Source: an uncultured Prevotellaceae bacterium (GTDB lineage: Bacteria; Bacteroidota; Bacteroidia; Bacteroidales; Bacteroidaceae). From it: a stretch of 63,949 nt of DNA. The stretch spans positions 1 to 63,949 of the forward strand of contig CAMHKU010000001.1 of NCBI GenBank assembly GCA_946185805.1, written 5' to 3'. Within the stretch, counting starts at the first letter, position 1. Each line of letters starts with the position of its first letter. Below are positions 9,209 to 19,747 of the stretch, piece after piece. Both the position numbers and the translations under genes were made by a program. The notes under the pieces were generated by a model, which was not told the origin of the DNA, ran no database searches, and saw only the letters and a program-made list of their open reading frames with translations.

Positions 9209-9952
9209 ATGAAGATAGGAGACAAAGTAAGATTCCTCAGTGAAGTGGGAGGCGGCCGCGTGGCCGGCTTCCAAGGTAAGGATATCGTGCTCGTTGAAGA
9301 CGAGGACGGCTTCCAGGTGCCTATGCGCACCAGCGACGTGGTGGTCATCGGCGACGAGGACTACGACACCGGCCACATGGTGGAAGTGAAAAAGCGGCAG
9401 AAGCAGGCCGGTAGTAGCGGTAACAGTCCTGCCGGCAATGGCGGCAATGCTGGTGCTGAGGCCGGCGAGGAGCCCGAGACGGAGCCCGGCGACAAGCCCA
9501 TCACCTTCAAGGCGCCGCCACAGGAGCGCAAGGGCGGCGACAAGCTGTCGGCTTATCTGGCCTTCGTGCCCATCGACGTCAAGGAGCTGTCTAACACCCG
9601 GTTCGAGTCATACATCGTCAACGACTGCAACTACTACCTGCGCTATGTCTACATGACCGCCGAGAACAGCAGCTGGCAGGTACGCGCTATGGGCGAGATA
9701 GAGCCCAACACGAAGCTATTCATCGAGGAGTTTGGCCGCGACAAGCTCAACGAGCTGGAGCATAGCTGTATACAGCTGTTAGCCTACAAGCGCGACAAGT
9801 ACTTCCTGCGTAAGCCCGTGGTCGACGCACTGATTAATATCGACCCCGTGAAGTTCTACAAGCTCCACACCTTCCGCCAGAGCCAGTTCTTCGAACAGCC
9901 GGCGCTGATATATACTATCATAGAAAACGACCGTCAATTTGTAAAGCTATGA
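9209..9952 (+). CDS. DUF2027 domain protein (no C-terminal Smr domain)
   Basis: MKIGDKVRFLSEVGGG..VLVEDEDGF N-terminus, AYLAFVP, VKFYKLHTF. Confidence 0.75.
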   Translation: MKIGDKVRFLSEVGGGRVAGFQGKDIVLVEDEDGFQVPMRTSDVVVIGDEDYDTGHMVEVKKRQKQAGSSGNSPAGNGGNAGAEAGEEPETEPGDKPITFKAPPQERKGGDKLSAYLAFVPIDVKELSNTRFESYIVNDCNYYLRYVYMTAENSSWQVRAMGEIEPNTKLFIEEFGRDKLNELEHSCIQLLAYKRDKYFLRKPVVDALINIDPVKFYKLHTFRQSQFFEQPALIYTIIENDRQFVKL

Positions 9953-11937
9953 AATACGGATTCATCAAAGTGGCCGCCGCCGTGCCCGCCGTCAAGGTGG
10001 CCGACGTCGTTTATAACGTGCAACAGATAGAGAGCCTCATAGCCCAGGCCGAGGGTCAGGGCGTCGAGGTGATGGTGTTCCCCGAGCTGAGTCTCACAGG
10101 CTACTCCTGTCAGGACCTCTTCAAGGAACAGCTGCTTATCGACAAGGCCGAGGAGGGGCTGATGCTGCTGCTCGACTTCACCCGCAAGCTCGACGTCATC
10201 AGCATCGTGGGCCTGCCCGTGCAGATCGGCGCCCTGCTCTACAACTGCGCCGCCGTCATCCAAAGCGGCACGCTGCTGGGCATCGTGCCAAAGACTTACC
10301 TGCCTAACTACGGCGAGTTTTACGAGAAGCGCTGGTTCGCGTCGGCTGCCGACCTCACGCCGCAAAACCTCTACCTCGCCGGCAGTCCCATCCATGTGAC
10401 GCCGGCTCCCACCATCTTCACCACCGCCGAAGGCGCACGCTTTGGCATAGAGATTTGTGAGGACGTGTGGGCACCCACGCCGCCCTCCAACCGGCTGTCG
10501 CTGGCCGGTGCCGACATTATCTTCAACCTCTCTGCCTCCGACGAACTGGTGGGTAAGCACGCCTACCTGCGCCAGTTGCTCATGCAGCAGAGTGCGCGCA
10601 CCATGAGCGGCTACGTTTATGCCAGCTGCGGCTTCGGCGAGTCTACCCAGGATGTGGTCTACGGTGGCAACGCGATGATCCTGGAGAATGGCCACCTGCT
10701 TAGCGAGGGCGACCGCTTCTCGTTCCAGCCGCAAATCAAGATGATGCAGATTGACGTGGAGCGCCTGCGCACGGAGCGCCGCACAAACTCCACCTTTATC
10801 ACCGCTCAGGCGCCCTCCAATATCCAATATCCAACCCTCAACCCTCAATCTTCTACCCTCAATTATCAATCTTCAATCTTCAGTGTTACCTGCAAGCCCA
10901 TAGGCTCGCACGACTTCGAACTCATGCGCCCCGTCAACCCGCATCCCTTCATCCCCGTCGAAGATAAAATGCAGGAGGCCTGCGACGAGATTCTCAACAT
11001 TCAGGTGGCCGGTCTGGCCAAGCGCCTCTACCATATCGGTGGCAGCAAGGCCGTTATCGGCATCAGCGGCGGTCTCGACTCCACGCTGGCGCTGCTTGTC
11101 ACCGTGAAGGCTTTCGACAAGCTGGGCCTCGACCGCCGCGGCGTCATCGGCATAACCATGCCCGGCTTCGGCACCACCGACCGCACGTATAATAACGCCC
11201 TGAAGCTGATGCAGACGCTGGGCGTCACCATTCGTGAAATCAGTATTGCCAAGGCCGTCACCCAGCATTTCGAGGACATCGGCCACGATGCTCAGCAGCA
11301 CGACGTCACCTATGAGAACTCACAGGCCCGCGAGCGCACTCAGATACTCATGGACGTAGCCAACAAGGAGAACGCCATTGTCGTAGGTACCGGCGACCTC
11401 TCAGAGCTCGCCCTTGGGTGGGCCACCTACAACGGCGACCACATGTCGATGTATGGCGTCAACGCCGGCGTGCCTAAGACCTTGGTGCGCTATCTCGTGA
11501 CCTATATTGCCAGCGAGATGCGGAAGGCTGGCAACGAGCGCCAGCGCGAGGGCGCCGACGTGCTCAGAGACATCGTCGATACGCCCATCTCACCGGAACT
11601 CATACCCGCCGACGCCCAGGGCAATATCAAGCAGAAAACTGAAGACCTCGTGGGACCTTACGAGCTCCACGACTTCTTCCTCTACTACTTCCTGCGCTTC
11701 GGTTTCCGCCCTGCCAAGATATTCCTTTTAGCACGCCACGCTTTCAGCGGCCGCTACGACGACGAGGTCATACGCAAGTGGCTGCAGACCTTCTGCCGAC
11801 GGTTCTTCAACCAGCAGTTCAAGCGCTCCTGCATGCCCGACGGTCCCAAGGTGGGCAGTGTGAGCCTCTCGCCCCGCGGCGACTGGCGCATGCCTACCGA
11901 TGCCAGCAGCGCCCTCTGGCTGCAGGATATTCCCTGA
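9949..11937 (+). CDS. nadE: Glutamine-dependent NAD+ synthetase
   Basis: Nitrilase-like domain ([23 protein letters not shown]) plus [28 protein letters not shown]. Confidence 0.95.
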   Translation: MKYGFIKVAAAVPAVKVADVVYNVQQIESLIAQAEGQGVEVMVFPELSLTGYSCQDLFKEQLLIDKAEEGLMLLLDFTRKLDVISIVGLPVQIGALLYNCAAVIQSGTLLGIVPKTYLPNYGEFYEKRWFASAADLTPQNLYLAGSPIHVTPAPTIFTTAEGARFGIEICEDVWAPTPPSNRLSLAGADIIFNLSASDELVGKHAYLRQLLMQQSARTMSGYVYASCGFGESTQDVVYGGNAMILENGHLLSEGDRFSFQPQIKMMQIDVERLRTERRTNSTFITAQAPSNIQYPTLNPQSSTLNYQSSIFSVTCKPIGSHDFELMRPVNPHPFIPVEDKMQEACDEILNIQVAGLAKRLYHIGGSKAVIGISGGLDSTLALLVTVKAFDKLGLDRRGVIGITMPGFGTTDRTYNNALKLMQTLGVTIREISIAKAVTQHFEDIGHDAQQHDVTYENSQARERTQILMDVANKENAIVVGTGDLSELALGWATYNGDHMSMYGVNAGVPKTLVRYLVTYIASEMRKAGNERQREGADVLRDIVDTPISPELIPADAQGNIKQKTEDLVGPYELHDFFLYYFLRFGFRPAKIFLLARHAFSGRYDDEVIRKWLQTFCRRFFNQQFKRSCMPDGPKVGSVSLSPRGDWRMPTDASSALWLQDIP

Positions 11938-11971
11938 ACATTGTCCATAGCAATACCATAACTACTATACT

Positions 11972-13402
11972 ATGCGAAAACTACTACTAACAATGATGCT
12001 CATCACATCATGGGCATCAGCTTTTGGGGCATCAGCTTTTGGGGCCTCGGCCTCTGAAGCCTCGGCCTTAGTGCCTCCGGATCGTAAAACCCTGCGCGAT
12101 TCCATCCTGAGCCACGTCAATGGCGCCGAACTCTCGACAGCTACTGTCAGCATTACCAAGTTCGGCGCCCGTGGCGACTCCGCCACCGACTGCCGGCGGG
12201 CCTTTGAGCGGGCCATGCGCCATGCCCAAAAGCGAGGCGGGGCTCATATCGTCGTACCCCGCGGCGTGTGGCTTGTGCGCGGCCCCATCCATTTCGTCTC
12301 TGGCGTCACCTTAGAGCTGCAGCAGGGAGCCACGCTGAAATTTGTGGCGCAGCCCGAATACTTCCTGCCAATGGTCAGCACGTCGTGGGAGGGCACCTTC
12401 CTGTGGAACTACTCGCCATTTATCTATGGCTACCAGCTCCACGACGTGGCTATTACCGGCGAGGGCACCATCGACGGCGATGCCGGCGACACCTTTGCCA
12501 CCTGGGCCTCGCGCCAGAATGCCGACCAGCAGCGCTCGCGCCAGCAGAACCACCAGGCGGTGCCCGTCGGCGAGCGGCGTTATGGCGAAGGCCACTTCCT
12601 GCGCCCTCAGCTCATTCAGTTCTTTCAGTGCCAGGGTGTTACCATCACCGGCGTCGGCGTCAGCCGTTCGCCCTTCTGGTGCATCCACCTGCTGCAGTGC
12701 AGCAACGTGGTGCTCAGGGGCATCCGCTGTCAGGCGCGCCTCACCAACAACGACGGCATCGACCTGGAGTCGTGCCGCGGCGTGCTCATCGAGGATATGG
12801 CGTTCGACAATGGCGACGACAACATAGCCATCAAGAGCGGGCGCGACAACGACGGATGGACCATGGCCGGCCCCTCGCGCGACATCGTCATCCGCCGCTG
12901 CGCCTTCAAGGGGCTCCACGGCGTGGTCATCGGCAGCGAGATGTCGGGTGGGGTAGAGAACGTCGTCGTTGAGGACTGCACCAGTGGTGGCTACTGCAAG
13001 CGTGGCATATTCATCAAGACCAACCCCGACCGCGGCGGCTACGTGCGCAATGTCTATGTCAGCAACGTGCACTTTGGCGAGGTGCTCGACCTGTTCTACG
13101 TTACCTCGATGTATGCCGGCCAGGGCCTCGACAACCGCCATTACAGCCTTATTGACAACCTGCAGGTAGACAACCTCACGGCGCGCCTTGTCAAAGGCAC
13201 CGCCATCGTGCTGCAGGGCACGCCCCAGCGGCCTATCACTCATGTGCGCTTCAACCAGATTGACGTGCCCCACGTGGCCAAGGGTGTCAGCTTCGAGTTC
13301 ACCGACCCCGTGCTCATGAGCAACAGCTTCCTCGGCCCCAAGGTCGGTGTGCCTAGCCAGGCATCGCCAAGAGACAACCTCTTCGGATGTGACGACAAAT
13401 AA
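11972..13402 (+). CDS. GH28 polygalacturonase family
   Basis: Signal peptide; NNDGID, GDDNIAIKSG, HGVVIGSE, GIFIKT motifs. Confidence 0.9.
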   Translation: MRKLLLTMMLITSWASAFGASAFGASASEASALVPPDRKTLRDSILSHVNGAELSTATVSITKFGARGDSATDCRRAFERAMRHAQKRGGAHIVVPRGVWLVRGPIHFVSGVTLELQQGATLKFVAQPEYFLPMVSTSWEGTFLWNYSPFIYGYQLHDVAITGEGTIDGDAGDTFATWASRQNADQQRSRQQNHQAVPVGERRYGEGHFLRPQLIQFFQCQGVTITGVGVSRSPFWCIHLLQCSNVVLRGIRCQARLTNNDGIDLESCRGVLIEDMAFDNGDDNIAIKSGRDNDGWTMAGPSRDIVIRRCAFKGLHGVVIGSEMSGGVENVVVEDCTSGGYCKRGIFIKTNPDRGGYVRNVYVSNVHFGEVLDLFYVTSMYAGQGLDNRHYSLIDNLQVDNLTARLVKGTAIVLQGTPQRPITHVRFNQIDVPHVAKGVSFEFTDPVLMSNSFLGPKVGVPSQASPRDNLFGCDDK

Positions 13403-13427
13403 TTAATAACTAAAAAATAATAGAAAC

Positions 13428-14441
13428 ATGATGCAACGAAAAACCTTGAAATTGTTGGCTATGGCGGCTATGGTGCTGACAGTGATGATGGCCGCCACGG
13501 AGAAAACTACTACTATTTTTATTATTGGTGACTCAACGGCAGCCCAGAAAGACTTATCTAAGGGTAAGCTGGAGCGAGGGTGGGGCATGGCTCTGCAATG
13601 CTATTTCGATGACAATATCCGTGTTGACAACCACGCCGTCAATGGTCGCTCGTCGCTGAGCTTCTTCAATGAGGGGCGCTGGCAGAAGGTGCTCGATAAA
13701 ATAAAGCCTGGCGACTACGTCATCATTCAGTTTGGCCATAACGACGAGAAGCCTAAGGCCGACCGCCATACCGACCCAGGCTCCACCTTCGACTACATGC
13801 TGGCGCGCTACGTTCGCGAGACGCGAGAGAAGGGTGGCATCCCTGTGCTGATGAACTGCGTAGTGCGCCGCAACTTCTTTGTCAATGCTCCCGAGAACGA
13901 CGACGACGAGAAGCTGCGCACGCAGACATTCAAGGATGGCGTGAAGATGGTGGAGGGCGACACCCTCATCGATACCCACGGTCTATACCGCGTGGCTCCC
14001 CGTGACGTAGCCCAGCGCATGAATGTTCACTTTGTGGATGCCAACCAGATTACCCACGACCTGGAGCAAGGGTTAGGTACTGAGGCTTCGAAGAAACTCC
14101 ACATGTGGTATCTGCCCGGCACCGAGCCTACTGAGCCTAAAGGCAAGCAAGACAATACTCACTACAATGTCTACGGCGCCCATGTCGTGGCCAAGCTGTT
14201 GGCCGACGCGCTTTGCCAGGAGATTCCTGTGCTGAAGAAATACCGATGCGATGCCGACATTACCGTCGACCGCTTAGGCCGTGGCGACTATATGGACCTG
14301 GAGCCCGCCGTGGCTGCCGCTCAGGCCATATCGAAGCAGGAGGTGACCATCCAAATCCTCGGTGGCCAGTGGCAGCAGCCGAAGCTGCCTAAGAAGTCGC
14401 GCCTGAAGTTCATTCTTCGCGAAGGTGCAACTTGGCATTAA
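13428..14441 (+). CDS. CE12 rhamnogalacturonan/pectin acetylesterase (SGNH)
   Basis: IGDST, GWG, NHAVNGRSS, IQFGHND, DNTH. Confidence 0.88.
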   Translation: MMQRKTLKLLAMAAMVLTVMMAATEKTTTIFIIGDSTAAQKDLSKGKLERGWGMALQCYFDDNIRVDNHAVNGRSSLSFFNEGRWQKVLDKIKPGDYVIIQFGHNDEKPKADRHTDPGSTFDYMLARYVRETREKGGIPVLMNCVVRRNFFVNAPENDDDEKLRTQTFKDGVKMVEGDTLIDTHGLYRVAPRDVAQRMNVHFVDANQITHDLEQGLGTEASKKLHMWYLPGTEPTEPKGKQDNTHYNVYGAHVVAKLLADALCQEIPVLKKYRCDADITVDRLGRGDYMDLEPAVAAAQAISKQEVTIQILGGQWQQPKLPKKSRLKFILREGATWH

Positions 14442-14454
14442 AAATAACTTTTCT

Positions 14455-14494
14455 TCCGAATCCCTTGTGGGTTCGGATTTTTTTTGTATCTTTG
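14455..14494 (+). promoter_or_regulatory. Hairpin terminator fused to promoter of next gene
   Basis: TCCGAATCCC-TTGT-GGGTTCGGA, T-run, then TATCTTTG (14487-14494). Confidence 0.65.
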
Positions 14495-14524
14495 TAGGCA
14501 ATTTTTAAAAACATAACCATTACA

Positions 14525-15790
14525 ATGAGCAGAATATTAATGATTGGCGCCGGAGGCGTCGCCACCGTGGCAGCGTTCAAGATAGCGCAGAATGCTGACG
14601 TGTTTACCGACTTTATGATTGCCAGTCGCAGAAAAGAAAAATGCGACGCTATCGTAAGAGCTATAGAGGAAAAAGGTATTCTCTCACCTCTCACCTCTGA
14701 CCACTCCCCTCTGAAAATCCAGACTGCCCAGGTAGATGCTGACGACGTGGAGCAGCTGAAGACGCTGTTCAGTGATTTTAAGCCCGACTTAGTGGTCAAC
14801 CTGGCCCTGCCTTATCAGGACCTCACCATTATGGAGGCCTGTCTGGCCTGTGGCTGCAGCTACCTTGACACCGCCAACTACGAGCCTAAGGACGAGGCTC
14901 ATTTTGAGTACTCCTGGCAGTGGGCCTACCGCGAGCGCTTCCGCGAAGCCGGCCTAACGGCCATCCTCGGCTGTGGCTTCGACCCGGGCGTCACAAGCAT
15001 CTACACCGCCTACGCAGCCAAGCACCATTTCAAGGAGATACAGTATCTTGATATCGTCGACTGCAATGCCGGCGACCACCACAAGGCCTTTGCCACCAAC
15101 TTCAACCCCGAGATTAACATCCGTGAGATTACTCAGAAGGGCCTCTACTGGGAGAACGGCCAGTGGGTAGAGACCGAGCCGCTGGAAATCCATAAAGACC
15201 TGACATACCCCGGCATCGGTCCCCGTGACAGCTACCTGCTGCACCATGAGGAGATAGAGTCGCTGGTCATCAATTACCCCACCATCAAGCGCGCCCGCTT
15301 CTGGATGACCTTCGGGCAGCAATACCTGAAACACCTGGAGGTGATACAGAACATCGGCATGAGCCGCATCGACGAGATAGTGTATGAAGCCCCGCTGGCC
15401 GACGGCTCGGGTGTGGCCAAGGTGAAGATTGTGCCGCTGCAGTTCCTCAAGGCCGTGCTGCCCAATCCTCAGGAGTTAGGCGAGAACTACGAGGGCGAGA
15501 CCAGCATCGGCTGCCGCATACGCGGTATCGGCAACGACGGCCGGGAGCACACATATTATGTATACAACAACTGCTCGCACCGCGCCGCCTACGAGGAGAC
15601 GGGCATGCAGGGCGTGAGCTACACCACCGGCGTGCCGGCCATGATTGGTGCCATGATGTTCTGCAAGGGACTGTGGAAGAAGCCCGGCGTATATAACGTT
15701 GAGGAGTTCGACCCCGACCCCTTCATGGCCGAGCTCAACAAGCAGGGCCTGCCCTGGCATGAGATTCACGACGGCGACCTGGAACTGTAA
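14525..15790 (+). CDS. Saccharopine dehydrogenase family, likely carboxynorspermidine synthase
   Basis: [46 protein letters not shown]. Confidence 0.88.
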   Translation: MSRILMIGAGGVATVAAFKIAQNADVFTDFMIASRRKEKCDAIVRAIEEKGILSPLTSDHSPLKIQTAQVDADDVEQLKTLFSDFKPDLVVNLALPYQDLTIMEACLACGCSYLDTANYEPKDEAHFEYSWQWAYRERFREAGLTAILGCGFDPGVTSIYTAYAAKHHFKEIQYLDIVDCNAGDHHKAFATNFNPEINIREITQKGLYWENGQWVETEPLEIHKDLTYPGIGPRDSYLLHHEEIESLVINYPTIKRARFWMTFGQQYLKHLEVIQNIGMSRIDEIVYEAPLADGSGVAKVKIVPLQFLKAVLPNPQELGENYEGETSIGCRIRGIGNDGREHTYYVYNNCSHRAAYEETGMQGVSYTTGVPAMIGAMMFCKGLWKKPGVYNVEEFDPDPFMAELNKQGLPWHEIHDGDLEL

Positions 15791-15825
15791 GCCACGGGGG
15801 CCGGCAAAAACGCAAACAACGAAGC

Positions 15826-16629
15826 ATGGGAAAAGGAAAATTAGCCAAGTTTGCCGATATGGAGCACTACGAGAACGTGTTCCAGTGCCCCTATTCGGCC
15901 ATCGGGCAAGCGCTCGACATGCGTGGCGGCAGCGACGACTGGCAGCACGAGATGCGGGGCCGCTGGCATGAGCAGTACTTCAAGAACCAGAACCCCATCG
16001 TGCTGGAGCTGGGCTGCGGCAAGGGCGAGTATGCCGTGGAACTGGCGCGCAACTACCCCGACAAGAATTTCATCGGCGTCGACATCAAGGGCGCCCGCAT
16101 GTGGACAGGCGCCACGCAGGCCCTTGACGAGGGACTCAAGAACGTAGCCTTCCTTAGGACGAACATCGAGATTATCGACCGCTTCTTCGCCCCCGGCGAG
16201 GTAGGCGAAATCTGGCTCACCTTCAGCGACCCGCAGATGAAGAACCCGCGCAAGCGGCTCACGTCGACTTACTTCATGGAGCGCTACCGCCGATTCCTCG
16301 TTGACGGCGGACTGCTGCACTTGAAGACTGATTCTAACTTCCTCTTCACCTACACTACCCTGATGGTGGAGAGAAACCACCTGCCGCTCGACTTCCGCAC
16401 CGAAGACCTGTACCACGACCCGCTGTCGGCCACCAATGTGGAACCGGCCACGCTCAGCGTGCAGACCTACTACGAGCAGATGTGGATAGCCCGTGGGCTC
16501 AGCATCCGCTACATGCGGTGGCACCTGCCCCACGCCGCAGAGCTCCATGAGCCCGACGTAGAGATAGAACTCGACGAATACCGCTCCTATCACCGCACCA
16601 AGCGAAGCTCACTTGACAAAGCAAAATAA
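15826..16629 (+). CDS. trmB: tRNA (guanine-N7)-methyltransferase
   Basis: [35 protein letters not shown]. Confidence 0.92.
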   Translation: MGKGKLAKFADMEHYENVFQCPYSAIGQALDMRGGSDDWQHEMRGRWHEQYFKNQNPIVLELGCGKGEYAVELARNYPDKNFIGVDIKGARMWTGATQALDEGLKNVAFLRTNIEIIDRFFAPGEVGEIWLTFSDPQMKNPRKRLTSTYFMERYRRFLVDGGLLHLKTDSNFLFTYTTLMVERNHLPLDFRTEDLYHDPLSATNVEPATLSVQTYYEQMWIARGLSIRYMRWHLPHAAELHEPDVEIELDEYRSYHRTKRSSLDKAK

Positions 16630-16642
16630 AAACTATACTACA

Positions 16643-18382
16643 ATGAAAAAACTGTTTACTTTGATAACGATGCTCATGCCCCTGGTGGCTATGGGCCAGT
16701 CAATGAATGTCAGTGTCGACTCCGTGGGCAAGCTGGCCCGCGAGCTGCCTGAGGACGTGCGCTTCAAGGTGGCCGACCTGAAGGTGAGCGGCCCGCTGAA
16801 CGGTGCCGATCTGAAACTGCTGCAACAGGTAGTGACGCGGACGAAAACAAACAAGAAGGTGCCCGACGAATGTTTAGTGACGACACTCGACCTCTCTGAG
16901 GCTGTCGTCATCGAGGGCAAGGATGGCATACGCACACAGAACAAGGAATTGCCTAACGGCCTCTTTGCCGGCGCCAAGAGCCTGATGAAGGTTATCCTGC
17001 CCAGCGAGCTGCTGGTTATCGGTAACAACTGCTTCGACAACTGTAGCGCCCTGGCCGAGGTGGAAATGTCGGAGAAGGTGATGACTATTGGCAGCAACGC
17101 CTTCAGCGACTGCACCAGTCTGAAAGCCATCCGACTGCCCCAGATGCTGACAAAAATCGACCACGACGCCTTTGAAGACTGCGCCAGCCTCGATGTCATC
17201 GATATTCCCGAGAACGTGGTGGAGATAGGCGCCTACGCCTTTGCCGGCTGCAAGGCACTGGTGAAAGCTACCATTAACGGCAAGGTGAAGGAGATTGACA
17301 ACGCCACGTTCCAGAACTGCGAGTCGCTCAAGGAGGTGACCCTGCCCGAGAGTGTGCGCATCATCGACAGCAACGCCTTCCTGGGCTGTAAAAGCTTGAC
17401 CACCATTAGCCTGCCCGACAATCTCGACGAGATAGGCAACTCGGCTTTTGAGAAGTGTGCAGGCCTTACAACCATCAACCTGGGCAAGGTAGGCAAGGTG
17501 GGGTCGAGCGCCTTTGAAGACTGCTCGTCGCTGGAGAGCATCGAGCTCGACAACGTTAATAAAATGGGCAATGGCGCCTTTGTAAACTGCATGGCGCTGA
17601 AGAAAGCCGTCATCGAGGGCAGCCTCGACGAACTGGGCATGGAGACCTTCTCGGGCTGTAGCAGCCTGACCACCGTCACCCTGCCAGCAAGCATCAAGAA
17701 GATTGAAAGCCGCGTGTTCTTCGACTGTAAGAGCCTGACCACCATCGACCTGCCCTTGGGACTGACGAAGCTTAACGACCATGTGTTTGAAAACTGCACC
17801 AGCCTGACCCACATTCTGATTCCCAGTTCGGTGAAGGACATGGGCAACAGCCTGTTTAAGAATTGCACCGCCCTCGACAGCGTCGACATCAAGGGTTTTG
17901 TCAGTGACATCGAGTCGGAGACCTTTCGCGGTTGCCACAGTCTGAGGGCCGTCAGCCTGCCCGTATCGGTAAAGGAGATCGACTCCAAGGCCTTCATGGA
18001 ATGTTCCATGCTGGCGTCTGTCACGCTGCCCATCACGCTGCAGAGCATCGGCAGTAGCGCCTTTGAGAAGTGTGCTGCCCTGACGAGCATCGTCATCCCC
18101 GCCGCCGTGAAGGAGATTGATAGCGACGCCTTCCGCGAGTGCTCGCTCTTAGAGAAGGTGGAGCTCTCTGTAGGCCTAAAGAGCATCGACGGGGGCGCAT
18201 TTCAGAAGTGCGTTTCCCTGCGCGAGGTAGACATTAAGGCGCCGCTGCCTCCGAAAATCTCGAAGTCTACGTTCAAGGACATCGTCGTCGGGGCCTGCAA
18301 GTTCTACGTGCCCCGCGGCTGCAAGGCTTTCTACATGAAAGACAAGCAGTGGATGAAAATACCCCTGATGGAGAAATTGTGA
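16643..18382 (+). CDS. BspA/TpLRR-type leucine-rich-repeat exported protein
   Basis: Signal peptide; many ~23-aa repeats LxxIxLPxxLxxIgxxAFxxC. Confidence 0.9.
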   Translation: MKKLFTLITMLMPLVAMGQSMNVSVDSVGKLARELPEDVRFKVADLKVSGPLNGADLKLLQQVVTRTKTNKKVPDECLVTTLDLSEAVVIEGKDGIRTQNKELPNGLFAGAKSLMKVILPSELLVIGNNCFDNCSALAEVEMSEKVMTIGSNAFSDCTSLKAIRLPQMLTKIDHDAFEDCASLDVIDIPENVVEIGAYAFAGCKALVKATINGKVKEIDNATFQNCESLKEVTLPESVRIIDSNAFLGCKSLTTISLPDNLDEIGNSAFEKCAGLTTINLGKVGKVGSSAFEDCSSLESIELDNVNKMGNGAFVNCMALKKAVIEGSLDELGMETFSGCSSLTTVTLPASIKKIESRVFFDCKSLTTIDLPLGLTKLNDHVFENCTSLTHILIPSSVKDMGNSLFKNCTALDSVDIKGFVSDIESETFRGCHSLRAVSLPVSVKEIDSKAFMECSMLASVTLPITLQSIGSSAFEKCAALTSIVIPAAVKEIDSDAFRECSLLEKVELSVGLKSIDGGAFQKCVSLREVDIKAPLPPKISKSTFKDIVVGACKFYVPRGCKAFYMKDKQWMKIPLMEKL

Positions 18383-18407
18383 AATCGTAAAATCGTAAAA
18401 TACAAAG

Positions 18408-19547
18408 ATGACATTATACCCAAAACTCATTATGGATGCGCTGGCCACGGTGACGTATGCCGGCACGAAGAAGAATCTTGTTGAAAGCGGCATGGTGGCC
18501 GACCAGCCAGCGGTGGCCGCTCCCCAACAGGCCGGCGACCCCTGGCGCGTCACCGTGGTGCTGGAGTTCCCCCGCGACACCGACCCGTTCCTGAAGTCTA
18601 CCGTCAAGGCCGCCGAGGCCGCCATCAAATACCACTGCCAGCAACAGGCAGCCGACGAGGCTGAACCCATAGAGGTAACCATACAGACCGAGTTCAAGTC
18701 GAAGCCGCGCCCCGAGGTCAGCGAGCTGTTGCCGGGCGTGAAAAATATCATTGCCGTTAGCAGCGGCAAGGGCGGCGTGGGCAAGTCTACAGTATCGGCT
18801 AACCTCGCCATCGCCCTGGCACGCTTAGGCTACAAGGTGGGGCTGTTAGATTGCGATATCTTCGGACCCTCCATACCCAAGATGTTCAACGTGGAGGATG
18901 CCCGCCCCTACGCCGTCAAGAAAGACGGCCGCGACCTCATCTGCCCCATTGACCAGTATGGCGTCAGGATGCTCTCCATCGGCTTCTTCGTATCGCCGAC
19001 GACGGCTACGCTGTGGCGCGGCGGCATGGCCACCAGCGCCCTGAAGCAGCTCATAGCCGACGCCGACTGGGGCGACCTCGACTACTTTATACTCGACACG
19101 CCGCCAGGCACCAGCGACATCCACCTGACGTTGCTGCAGACGCTGCCCATCACCGGTGCCGTTATCGTCTCCACACCCCAGCAGGTAGCACTGGCCGACG
19201 CCCGCAAGGGCATTGACATGTATCGCAACGACAAGGTGAACGTGCCCATCCTCGGACTGATAGAGAACATGGCGTGGTTTACCCCCGCCGAACTGCCCGA
19301 GAACCGCTACTACATCTTCGGCCGCGAGGGCTGCAAGCAGCTGGCACAGGAGATGCAGGTGCCCCTGCTGGCACAGATTCCCCTGGTGCAGAGCATCTGC
19401 GACAGCGGCGACCAGGGCACCCCCGCTGCCCTCAACGCCGACACCATGACCGGCCAGGCCTTCCTCTCGCTGGCGCAGGCCGTCGTCACCGTCGTCAACC
19501 GCCGCAACAAGGAGCAGCCCAAGACCAAGATCGTGGGTATGAAATGA
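18408..19547 (+). CDS. mrp: Mrp/NBP35 (ApbC) Fe-S cluster carrier ATPase
   Basis: SGKGGVGKSTVSANLA, DIFGPSIP, WRGGM, DTPPGTSD, ENMAWF. Confidence 0.92.
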   Translation: MTLYPKLIMDALATVTYAGTKKNLVESGMVADQPAVAAPQQAGDPWRVTVVLEFPRDTDPFLKSTVKAAEAAIKYHCQQQAADEAEPIEVTIQTEFKSKPRPEVSELLPGVKNIIAVSSGKGGVGKSTVSANLAIALARLGYKVGLLDCDIFGPSIPKMFNVEDARPYAVKKDGRDLICPIDQYGVRMLSIGFFVSPTTATLWRGGMATSALKQLIADADWGDLDYFILDTPPGTSDIHLTLLQTLPITGAVIVSTPQQVALADARKGIDMYRNDKVNVPILGLIENMAWFTPAELPENRYYIFGREGCKQLAQEMQVPLLAQIPLVQSICDSGDQGTPAALNADTMTGQAFLSLAQAVVTVVNRRNKEQPKTKIVGMK

Positions 19548-19549
19548 AT

Positions 19550-19581
19550 AAATCCGAATCCCTTGCGGGTTCGGATTTTTT
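19550..19581 (+). terminator. Intrinsic terminator after mrp
   Basis: AAATCCGAATCCC-TTGC-GGGTTCGGATTTTTT. Confidence 0.75.
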
Positions 19582-19747
19582 GATGAGTCATGGCTGATGA
19601 GTGTAGTGACTCGTCTTCAGTTTTTCGTCATTCAGCATACACAAATCGGTAAAACAGCGAAAAAATGCGTCGTAAGGGTTGGTTGCTTCAAACATTTTCT
19701 TTATTTTTGCAGCAGTATTAACCAAACTACAAATAAAAACTAAAACA

